From NCBI GenBank assembly GCA_905178155.1, contig CAJINV010000011.1, forward strand, positions 2,714,485 to 2,778,484: DNA of 64,000 bases, written 5' to 3'. Each line of letters opens with the position of its first letter. Within the stretch, counting starts at the first letter, position 1. Under the pieces are notes generated by a model. That model was not told the DNA's origin. It was given only the letters and a program-made list of their open reading frames with translations, and did no database searches. The translations under genes were made by a program, and so were the position numbers. Source of the DNA: Amoebophrya sp. A120 (lineage: Eukaryota > Protista > Dinoflagellata). Positions 37,694 to 48,361 of the stretch are shown here, one piece after another.

Positions 37694-38798
37694 ACAGGTT
37701 CAGAAAAAGCCAAACACGTCAGCTCCCGAAAGGAAGTGAGCGGGCAACAAGAAACTTCGAGTAAGGATGGTAATAGGGGATGTTACTTTGTTTGAGATTG
37801 AGTACTTGCTGAACAGATACTGTTTGTTACAAAACCTTCACATCGTGACGAAATTCATTTCAATTAAGTACGTACCTCGGGGTAGTAGTTTCGTTGGTTC
37901 AGGTGGAGGACACTGAAGATTTTGCGAAAGCGAGAGAAAGAGATATTACATACAGCTAGGTCGCCCAGTCAACTCGGCGAAAAAAAACCTTAGTGCTTCC
38001 TGTCAAATCAAAGTCGAAAGTCAGGACTCCGACTCCAAAAATCATGTCACCAATGTATAGAAGTTTTGCTGTCTTGAACGCTGATGCGTATGTTGTTCTC
38101 CTTTGCAAAATGCTCAGCTCCTTTCAGAACGAAAAAAGTATCCTCACGACCGAGAGAGTTTCGCTTTCAATTTGTTCCAGAAGATGCAACAGAAAGGCAA
38201 GAACTCATAGTATCGCCTTGCGATCATATGGATATGCTGTTCCGGTGCACGAAAAATTATGTACTTGGAGAACAGATACAGATCAACAGGCTACACCGCA
38301 CGTACGAAGACCGATCTTTGGAGTTAGCATTTTACTGGTGTGCCCGATGAACGTTGTTGTAGCAGAGCCAGTTGGTGTCGTGTGAGGTCACGGCCTGCAA
38401 GTAAGATTGTAGTTCGTTGTGCTGTGTATCGTCCTCAGTCCAGGACGACACACAGACTTCTTGATTCATCTACTCCACTCCTAGTAACCTGTTGACAACT
38501 TCAAGAAACGGTTTCTGTGTCAGCACACGGGCACATCAAAGCGAATGTTGCTCGTCGTGCGCCGATTTTAATTTTTGTTCGACATCGCCGTCGCCAATGA
38601 GCTTTCGAAAATGGCAATACTTCTTGCAACATCGAGGAGAAGACCCGGAATGATTACTCTCAGCTGTACACAATGGGCAAATCTCGTGAAAAAACTTCTT
38701 TATTTTTGGACACAGGGACGATCGATCACGATCATCAGCATCGATCTTGTTCCGGACTTTTCAACTTGTTTGGTTTACAGAATCCAAAAAACCAAAAT

Positions 38799-39791
38799 CT
38801 AGGAAAACATTCCGGCCTTGTCCGGATTCCTGTCTGCTTTTCGAAAGTCGTCCGTTGTGAAAACCCTCTGCCCCTTCAACGGGTCGTCCCGGCACATGGG
38901 GCAGGATTTGTTGTGTTCCAGGCTTTCCATAATACACGCATCGTGGAATAAATGCCCGCAGAGTGGCATTTTCTTCGCCTTCCGCCCGAGTTTCTCCATG
39001 CAGATCACGCAGGTGAGATCCTCGTCGAAATTGTCCACGATGCGCAGCTCGTGCCGGTCCAAGTGGTGCACTTTCCGCGGGTCCGGTTGCTCTTCGACGA
39101 GAAAGCCGAGCGACCGCACGAAGTCCTCAAAGCTGTTCATGTTTTGCATGGGGTTTCCAAATGGGGTGAATTGCTGACTCATTCTGCTCTGCTGCGCTTG
39201 CCTCTGCTGTTGGATCTTCTCGCGGGCGACCTTCTCCCTGGCTTCTTCGTCCACTTCCTGCATGGCCTGCTCCACAAACCCCCGGACACGGTCGAGATTC
39301 CTCTTCATCAACAACGTCTGATCGGTACAATTGTCCCGCCGTTGCTCCTGTTGCACATCCTCAGACGCTGCCTGTGATGGTGCTGCTGCGCCCGCTATTG
39401 ACGTCGTCAGCTGCTCGAGAAGAAACTGCAGCGAGAGGAAAAATTCCAAACCAGACTGCCAAAAGATCGGATTCGTAAACCTGGTTGTCAACACGACGTT
39501 GCACCTCTCCGCAGCACTCGTGAGCCTGGTGATTATTTCATCGTTGATGTCCATCTCGCCTCCAGGCGATGATGTTGTAGTTGAAGATACGGTGTTGACG
39601 AGGACACCTCCGTCGACTTTGTCGCACAAGGAGCTCAGACTGGCGCACGCGGCCCTGAATTTCTTCTTGAACGACATTTGGGAGACCAAATCGGCGATTT
39701 CTGCCGGAGAGACAGGAGACGTCGATGGCGTGCTGGGCATGATCTTCTCCGGCGGTGCGGCTGCGACAGCCACGTCAGCTTCGTGCAACAT
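38799..39791 (-). CDS. RING-H2 finger protein (putative E3 ubiquitin ligase)
   Basis: C-terminal CVICME...PLCGHLFHDACI...CPMCR. First in-frame ATG at 39791. Confidence 0.88.
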   Translation of the reverse strand: MLHEADVAVAAAPPEKIMPSTPSTSPVSPAEIADLVSQMSFKKKFRAACASLSSLCDKVDGGVLVNTVSSTTTSSPGGEMDINDEIITRLTSAAERCNVVLTTRFTNPIFWQSGLEFFLSLQFLLEQLTTSIAGAAAPSQAASEDVQQEQRRDNCTDQTLLMKRNLDRVRGFVEQAMQEVDEEAREKVAREKIQQQRQAQQSRMSQQFTPFGNPMQNMNSFEDFVRSLGFLVEEQPDPRKVHHLDRHELRIVDNFDEDLTCVICMEKLGRKAKKMPLCGHLFHDACIMESLEHNKSCPMCRDDPLKGQRVFTTDDFRKADRNPDKAGMFS

Positions 39792-40686
39792 TCCTTCTTG
39801 CAATCAGATTTAGATGATCGAACAATCAAACGTAAGCGAACGAAACAGTAGAAAGTAAGGAAATTCTGGCACAGTTTAACTTGTTGCGTTAAAAAGCATA
39901 GTGAGTCCGGAAGCCGAATCGGGAATCGTACATCGAAAAAAAAAAACTTGGTGTTAGCCTGATGGCGGGGAGGTCCTGGTGCGAAAGTTTGAGTTTCATT
40001 AATTCGTGGCTAGATCAACCTTGACACGGACTGGGTAGCCTTGTCTCGGAAGAAAAAAACGCTTCGACCTGGTAGACTTGAGCAGGGGGAGGAGGAGGTT
40101 TATTCAAAATACGATTTTGCTGACGACTTTTATTTTCTCTGCTGGTGATTCACTCTTAGTCTTATTTTTTGCACTTGCCGTTTATTAATTTACCACGATT
40201 TGCTGAGTAGAGACGAAATTCAACCCTCGTCGGCAAGAAAATTTTAGTTGCGATTCCTTTTTGCACCACCCTCACTTGGAAAAACTCGCGCGCCTGAGGA
40301 ACCCGAAGCCGAACATGAGAAGAGTATGTAAATCAGTTTCGCGGTGCGAAAAATTTCTAAAATAGCACAGATACAACTATGAACAGGAGAACGAGGAGAT
40401 CCGGCTCCGGTTCGTGCGTGTCCCAAACACGAAAAACCAAAAATAACAAATGTTGACCACCGACAAAAATCCCTGCTCAGAGAAACGCGTCCACAAAAGC
40501 GGATTGAGGATACGAAACAGGAACACCATGAAACTTCAAAGAAAATGGAATAGAAATAGCACCACTGATGGACGAGGATGCTTGTAGGTCCCACAGATAA
40601 AAGTTGACATGTCGACAGGTGGGGAAAAAATCATCTCCAGGGGTTAAATTGTATACGAGTGTAAGAGAAACGGCAACTAAGTAAGT

Positions 40687-43600
40687 TTAGGGTTCCGCCT
40701 CTCTCTGTTTCGCTTTCTCAATCATGTCAGCTGCCAACCGGAGCTCAGCAGCGTCCTGCTCGCCCTCCTGAAGGGCGCGCGTGAATTTGCGGGTTTGCAG
40801 CTTAGGTTGAGCAGGTGTAGTTTTTGCTGCAGCTGCTACCTTGGCTATTACAGAAGCACTAGGCCCACCAACGCGAAGAAGTGGCTCGCCGTGAGGTGAA
40901 AGTTGTTGCACTTCTTCTGATCTCGCAGCTCCATGTTGCCCACTACTCGTCTCAACAGATGATTGGTTTTTGTTCTTTGAAAGAACAGGAGCTCCTGCCG
41001 CATTGGCAACATGATCCTGCTTTGTTCTATGAGCTAGCGCATTCACTGTGGTAACGGCTCCGGTTGCTCGGGCGAGGGCAGGAGAGATTTTTCTCCGACT
41101 AGCATTTTCCTTCGGTGCATCACCGAAGGTCTCTTGGCCTGGATCGCGGCTCTGGGTGCTGTGCTCATGCGAGACAATGGCCGTGTTCGCTTTCTTGTTC
41201 GCACCACGTCCTTTCCGCGGAGTCAAGCCTGGCGCGAGCGGGGTCGCTTCGGCGGGGTCTCGTTCGACAGGAACGTGAAGCGCGGGCGGTGTCTTACTAG
41301 AAGACGGGCTACTACTTCTCTGTCCGCGGCCAGTTGTTGTACTACTACTTGTCAACATCACGTTTTGAAACATACGTGGCTTTGGTCCGGACCCTGTTGA
41401 CGCGGCAGTCAGTCGCGACCCGGTGGATATGTCCGACGGCAAACGTCTCTGGTCGAATGTCGTCGCGGTCACTGTACCTCTTGATCCAGTCGTAGCAGCC
41501 GTCGCACGAGGGTCTTCATAACCGAGGTTCGCGGTAGTTGCAGTGGAAACGTTGGTCGGCCCCCTGGCCATGACAGCAGCTCTACTAATAGCGGTAGGAC
41601 CAGCGCTTCGTGTAGTCGCTGCAGCTGCAGCTGGAGCTGTTTCTGTTCCAGTTGTATAGCTAGCTATTACACCACTGTAGTTTATCATTTCCGATGGATT
41701 TCCAGACCGGTTAACACGGTTAATCGCGTTTATTTCGCGATACCGGCTACCCCCAGCTGCCTTGGCACTGCTTGGTTGTCGTCCCGTCTGTTGCCCGACC
41801 TGCAGCTGGTACGACGTGTCGGCTGCAGTAGAAGTTGGTGAAATTATAGCACCAGCAACTTGCTCCTCCCCGGGCAACATACCGGAAGGAGCGCGCTGAA
41901 CAACAACGTTTACAGGCTGCTGCGCGATTCTCCAGCCTTTAGCAAGAGCAACTTTCTCTACTTGCTGCGAGCGTTGTTGATCATCTACCTGCTGGTCAAT
42001 ATTTCGTGGAGAAGTAGCTGTTCCTGTGGTACGTCGCTCCTGTGCCACTCCGCCGCCGGGGACGAGTTGATTTATTTCACCCGGCAGAAATCCCGTGGGC
42101 GCCCGCTGTACGTGCATCTCCTCCTGCTGCTCATCCGTTGTAATCTGGACCTCCATGTTCTTGCCCTCTACCATTTCGTGGCCGGGGCCTGCCGGCTTGC
42201 TGGTGTTATTCGGAGACTCGGTCCTCCTTTTGTTTCGATAGTCCAACAGTGCCGTTGCTGCTAAACTACCGCCTCCGTTGCTAGGTGTGCTAGCTGTGAT
42301 TGACGTAGTACTTCCTGCTCCGGCGGTACTCCTACTAGGTGCTACAGAAACAACTGGGATTTTTATCGGAGCCGAAGTTGCAGGCCCCCCATGTTGCAGC
42401 TCGTTGGAGCTCCTATTGTAGGACTCTTGAAGATTGTTCGTCGGCCGCGGAACGAAAAGGTGTTCCCCTGAGCGCAAGGACGACTCTAAGTCGGTTTCTT
42501 CCCATTTTTCCTCTCCATCTCCCCCGCGGCCCTCTTTTGTGTCCATCATAGCTGCATGATCCACGTAGTTCTCCAACTTGCGCTGCTTCCTCTCGTCGTT
42601 CCGCCGCCGCTTCGCGTCCAAGCGCTGACTCCTCTGTGCCTGGAGCGCGCTCAAGTCGCTCGGACGATCGAGATCGTTGCCGTGCTGCTTGCTCTGCGAA
42701 TTTACTTGAACTTCTTGGCCGTTCAGGAAGCCCTGTATGTGCTGCACATTTTTAGCAGGCAAGCGGCCACTCGAAGCAACCCCACCACTTCGAACGTCCC
42801 CACCAGTGTACGCGAAGCTGAGAACACCAGGAGAGTGCTGCCCCTGTTCCCCCGACGTCGCGTGGAGGCCGCTGTCGTTGTGCTCATGTAATATCAAAGG
42901 GAAAAACCCCCCCTGCCCATATCGAAAACGAAATTTGTGATGCTGTATTTGAGTACACAAGTCGACTTGTAATGCTAGAAGGCCAAGAGACGCAGCTGTG
43001 GCCTCGCTTGCAGGCAATTTGTCATGCTGTTTCCCACTTCCAGCTGCCCCCTGTCATGCTGAAGATGCAAGGCTTTCCCACGCCAACCAGCACTACAGTC
43101 CGCATCTTTTCCCTTCTAGCATGACAAAGCTGATTTCTTTGTGACCACAAATCTGCATCACAAATTTCTAGTTTGAGTATGGGGAGGGGGGATTTTTCCT
43201 TACGATATCATGATCGTGATCAACAAGCGTCGAGCTGTCGTTACTTTTTTTGAACGACGTTTCTTCTTGATCGCTGTGTCGGTTATTTCTATCCTCTTCG
43301 TCCATTTCGCTTTCGTAAAACATGTCATCGTCGCCTATTCCGTCCTCGTCCCCAATCGCCACAGCACTCACCTTCATCACACCGGACTGCTCTTCGCTTA
43401 AGTGCTGCGACAAGATCGCGCCGACCGCCACGAGAACGACAACCGCTAACACGACGAGGCCGATTGCCCATTTGACCGCGGCGCTGTCCTCGATTTTTGA
43501 TTTTGTCGTTGTTCCGGCGGTAGTGGTAGACGCGTCCGAAGATGATGATTCCTGATGTTCATCTTGACGAGTCGTTGTCTTGACACGACCTAGCGCAAGT

Positions 43601-44394
43601 TTATTGTTCTGCTCCGCCTCAATTTTGTCCTTTTCGTGCCCTGTGTCGACTTGCACCTGCAGTGAGGAAAAGCCTAAACTAGTAGCGGGGGAAAGAACTT
43701 GTGCAGGTGGGGACGCCGCCGCGTCTTTTGCTAGTAAAGCTGGTGGTCCTGGTAGAGTGATGTCGTCGACTAGATCTTTTTCGTTCCCCCAGTGGTATTC
43801 TACTTCTCTTTCGGAGGAAGACAATGAAGACCCCTGTAACTGTTCAATATCACCTACTACTCGGCTACTTTCCGCTTTCACGCCGTGGTTCTCCTGGGGA
43901 GCTCTGGAAAGACCTTCATCTGCACTATCTGAGTCTGATTTAGAAGAAGATTGTAGCGATAATCTTCCTTCGTCCAGGTTGTTCACGTCCTGACCTTCCA
44001 GCCAAACAGAGGCGTACGAGTCCTCATTCTCGTTCTCTTTCTCCCCCGGATCTTCGACTTCGTGCACGGCCTGCTTCCTCGTCGGAGTTCTTTCTGTAGT
44101 GGGTGCGATGATTTTGTATTTGTACTTCAGTTTTCTCGAAGATGATCTACTGCGTGTCGGCGATGATCCGCCATTATTCGCCGCCGGCCGCGTTTTCATC
44201 AAAAATCCGAAGGAGCCCATCATTTCCACACGGCTGCAGGAGGACCATATCAGCGAGACTTGGAGTAGGCTCTGCAGAAACAAAGTGGACAGCGGCCGGG
44301 GAGTAAAGCGGTGAGGATGTCCACCACGACACGGGGGCAGCACCCCTGCTCGACGGAAGAGCGACGGCGAGGAATTGTCGAAGGTGTTCAACAT
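40687..44394 (-). CDS. Low-complexity single-pass membrane protein (~1,127 aa), split by one introner
   Basis: ORFs 43168..44409 and 40687..43017 join as ...DHDHEHNDSG.... TM helix WAIGLVVLAVVVLVAVGAIL. Start uncertain. Confidence 0.65.
42889..43207. mobile_element. Introner/MITE-like non-canonical intron, family E
   Basis: TIRs tatcaaagggaaaaacccccc...aaatttgtgatgc / gcatcacaaattt...ggggggatttttccttacgata. Direct repeat tcatg (42884-42888, 43208-43212), with 3 extra nt before the left TAT. Confidence 0.8.
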
Positions 44395-45366
44395 CTTCGG
44401 GTCGCTCACTGAAGATGCCCTTCTTCCACCTCAACAACAGGATCGAAAAATTTCCAACAACTTTTGCCTTAGTTTCGTCTTAACCCATATCCAGCCGCGC
44501 CGTAGCTCATGATCCCTGGAATTTTTGAGGCTGCCGCAGTCGGCGGCGCCTCTGCATAGTTAATTTTTCGCATAGCCTGATGTCACGAAGGCCTAGCTGC
44601 TTGGGAAGTAGCAACCACAAATACAGAAAATAGATGGGTAGTACGCGGGATGATAGATTTTACGGTGCGAAAACTAGACCAATTGGTAGACGTAGATAAT
44701 TCAGGTTGGTAGTGTACTGGTAGATACCTGGTGGTTTGCTGGGTGAGGTCGCATTTTTTGCAAGAATTGAAATTCAGTGGAGAATGAATGCGCACGGACT
44801 GAGATAGGCGGTGGAGAAACACTGGAAAACAGTACGTAGTACGGACGACCATGGAAGACGACGAGAACGAGTGACGGAACCGAGGAAGATGCGAATCAAT
44901 ACACTGCAAGAATATAATTTGAGACGACAAAAAATGCCAGGACGAATACGTAGGCGGACTGGAAGAAAATAAGAACAAAACGAAGAGGACGAAACCCCTT
45001 CCATGAACGAACCGACACCAGCGCACGACATCAACACATGATCTAGTCTCCACCTCACGGAAGAGTTGAGAGAAGATGTTGCATGAACATAATTTTCACG
45101 ACAACTAAGAGGTTGCCCTTTCCTGCTTCCCTGTCGCCTCCTCAAGAGATATGAAGTGGTCAAGATCAAGGTGAAGTTGAAGTTGTTTGAATGGTATGCG
45201 TATAATGGGTAGTTAGAAGTACAACTCAAAGTTAAATCATAATCATCTTCAAGAAGGACATGAGGATAAATTTAGTTTCTAAACGCACAACCTAGGGTGA
45301 GAATTATCGAGTAGTATCTGTACGAATTTTCGAAATGCCACAGAGAATTCTAGCTCGGTGGTCTAC

Positions 45367-47679
45367 TCAGTCCGCTTCCTCCGAGATGTCCTGCTCCGAG
45401 TCCTCCGGTGTCCGTACCTGCGGCGGAACTTGTTCATCTACTCCAGGGTGCTCTTGGTCTTGCTGCGCCTTTTTCATACTCGCCGCGGCTCCTCTCTTTC
45501 GCACCACCCGCCTCACCCTTGGTGATCTGGCCCGTACTGACGAATTGCTGCTCGTCGCAGCTGCAGCTGCACTACGAGAAGAGGAGACGCTGGTGTCGCT
45601 AGGTGGAGCAGCTGCTGCTCCTCCTGAGGGTGACGAGGTCGTGAACGCTTTGCTTCTGCTTTTCCACGAGCTGGGTTTCGGTCTAGCAGTACTGTCTGCG
45701 GCGTTCTTCAGTCGTTGAGCAATGTGGGTTTGACTCAGAAAAAGCATCGCCTCGTCGTCCTCTTTTACTTTACTATCCAGGACTTGATTCGGCACATTGG
45801 TGGACGACGTCGAGGATATTACTGCTGCGCCGCCAGCGAAAGACATGGCTGGTGCCGCTGTGGTTCCAAAACTACTTGACCCATACTTCATCTGCGAAGC
45901 TGAGTCGGGTGTAGCTGCTCCTGCGACGGAAGTTGTAGATGATGGTCCAACAGGCGGCTGCTGCGCCCTTGATGCTCCAAAATCCGCCGAGATAACTACG
46001 CCCCCAGCCGCATTCAGCGATTGTTCTGACGCTTCAGAGTTTTCAGCATTCGGATCGACGTCCTCGGGGGATTTATTTTCAGTGCCGGTCGTTGCGCGGT
46101 CATTTTCCGAAATGTCGTTCAACAGGTTGCTTTTGCTTACCTCTACCAGCTTTGATCTATTTCCCTTCTTCTTTCGCTTCACTTTCCGTGGACCACCACC
46201 AGCTGTTTTCAAAACATCCGGCTCTTGTTGCCCTACGATGCCATTTTTGTCAACATAATTTCCATCTTGATCCACTTCCGTCTCCTCGTCTTCGTCTTCT
46301 TTTGTGAGCCTCTCATCGCTATCCCCGTCGTCGTCCTTTAGAAATACGACGTCCTCTGCTGGTACCTGATGATCTCCTGCCGCGGTCAAACCGGTCGTAG
46401 CCTCCTCGTCCGCATCCACAAATGTGTTGATGAAAAAGGTGTGCGATCTGTTGTTTGACCCCGCTTTCAGACTCATAAATTTAGTACCTGCGTTCTTGTT
46501 GTTCTCTGGCGCGTCAGTTGTACTATCGTCATCCTCATCTTCGTTGCACAGCCCGACAGCGACCGCGGTAAAGACAACCAGCACACTCACGGTGATGATC
46601 AGCAGCAGCTGCATCGGATGCATGTCTTGGCAGCACGAGGACGAGCTGCGCAATGTGTCGGTCGTCGTGTTAGTTGCACGAGGACCCGCTTCAGATGCAC
46701 TGGAAGTTGTTGTGCTAGAGGACAGCGGCGCATTTTGGTTTTCATCACCTCCAGGACTACTAGTATCCGGCTGTGGTGGCGCAGCTGCTCCGACTCCGGC
46801 TCCACCGCTGGTCGTCACGGCCTGCTCCTCCACCGGCGATGTCTCCTCCACCGGCGATGACATGAACTGCAGCTGGACCGGGCGGCTGGCCCGCATCAAA
46901 TCGTCTTTTTTCTTTTCATCACCACTCCTGTCGCCGGAAGAACCTGCTGTAGAAGTAGATGCAGCGTCGTTGTCGTCACGCTGCTCTTCCTCTTCTTCTG
47001 TACTTGCATGTGGTCTTTCTTCAACACCTTCTCTACTTACTCTTGTGTGTGCCGATTGAACTTTATTTGCCTCGACTGCAGGAGAACCTTCTGTGGTAGA
47101 GGTTGGACTAGCAGTCGTGGTTCCACCTCCACAACCGGGATCTTCTTTCTTCGAGCTCTTTAGCTTATGCTTAGCGAAGATGGTCCCGAGTGCTACTAGA
47201 GCGGACGAACTACGATTCCTCCCGATTATGCGCTTGTTTTTCTCGGCTTCTTCGTTCGCGGCTTGACGTGCCACCTCCAATTGCTGCACTTGTGCTGTAG
47301 ATGAAGTGTTTTTGCTCTTCATTCGACTTCTTCGCTTGATGATATACCTTTTCATCTTCGTACCGCCCTTGCTGTTCATCTCCTGCGCCTTGTCCTTGCG
47401 CCCTATACGTAAGGCGGTCGCGGTGGTTGTACTAGATGAGCGCCATTTTGATTCTATGCTGTTGCAACGCCAACGCGTCTGCTGAACAGAATATTCATCG
47501 TTATTTGATGCAGAATAGGTCGTGCGAATTTCGTCGCAGCGACTGGCAGCTCCTTCATGGACGTTCGTCGGAGATTTGTCCCACGTGTGGAACAAAAAGT
47601 CCTGCTCTAACGTCGACCACAGCTGCAGGCGGACACAAAACAATGCCGAGAATGACAACATGCTCGTGCTCATCTTCAT
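45367..47679 (-). CDS. Low-complexity putative type I membrane protein (770 aa)
   Basis: Long ATG ORF with a hydrophobic N-terminus and one TM helix LLLIITVSVLVVFTAVAVGL. Confidence 0.7.
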   Translation of the reverse strand: MKMSTSMLSFSALFCVRLQLWSTLEQDFLFHTWDKSPTNVHEGAASRCDEIRTTYSASNNDEYSVQQTRWRCNSIESKWRSSSTTTATALRIGRKDKAQEMNSKGGTKMKRYIIKRRSRMKSKNTSSTAQVQQLEVARQAANEEAEKNKRIIGRNRSSSALVALGTIFAKHKLKSSKKEDPGCGGGTTTASPTSTTEGSPAVEANKVQSAHTRVSREGVEERPHASTEEEEEQRDDNDAASTSTAGSSGDRSGDEKKKDDLMRASRPVQLQFMSSPVEETSPVEEQAVTTSGGAGVGAAAPPQPDTSSPGGDENQNAPLSSSTTTSSASEAGPRATNTTTDTLRSSSSCCQDMHPMQLLLIITVSVLVVFTAVAVGLCNEDEDDDSTTDAPENNKNAGTKFMSLKAGSNNRSHTFFINTFVDADEEATTGLTAAGDHQVPAEDVVFLKDDDGDSDERLTKEDEDEETEVDQDGNYVDKNGIVGQQEPDVLKTAGGGPRKVKRKKKGNRSKLVEVSKSNLLNDISENDRATTGTENKSPEDVDPNAENSEASEQSLNAAGGVVISADFGASRAQQPPVGPSSTTSVAGAATPDSASQMKYGSSSFGTTAAPAMSFAGGAAVISSTSSTNVPNQVLDSKVKEDDEAMLFLSQTHIAQRLKNAADSTARPKPSSWKSRSKAFTTSSPSGGAAAAPPSDTSVSSSRSAAAAATSSNSSVRARSPRVRRVVRKRGAAASMKKAQQDQEHPGVDEQVPPQVRTPEDSEQDISEEAD

Positions 47680-48361
47680 CTCGTACTTTATGGTGGTGCG
47701 CCGTCGTGTGTAATAAATTCTATTGGGCTACATGATAGGCGGGCTAGCAACCTACTTAATACGGATCTACTTGGGGTGGGGCGACGGGATGGGTTGGGGT
47801 AGTAGGCTGTGATAATGAAGAGTAAAGCTCTACTTTATGTCGTTGACGATTTGCGTATGCGTCGCTGACACACGATGAAGCGAAAGCTACCGCTTCTTCG
47901 TTCTTGTTCATTCTAGTTCCACTTTCGTGAGTCGCGTACTACGAGAATGTACCAACAAGAAGAGAACGATGCTGGTAGGAGTGGGTACGAGTCGGTGGTA
48001 AAACGAAACACGAAGAACCCACCAAGCAAAGCAGGACGAATACGAAACACGGAAAACACAAAGTAACGACAGCAAGAAGGACGAAGACGACGACACCGAA
48101 TGAAGACGAAACTTTATTCATGCAACCAGAACAAAATCTAAATCAAACTGAGAACAAAAACATACCAAAAGTACTATGCTTCCTTAATAGGGTGCAAAAA
48201 TATCAGAGAAGGGACGGAAATTCGACAGGAGGACATGATCAAAATCGAAGATGAGTTTGATACTGTCAAATCCTATGCGACCTATCACGACTTCTAGCGC
48301 ACAGAAATCATTTTCGAACGGCAACAAGAAAAGCGTGATATATCAAAATTGCCGCCATTGC

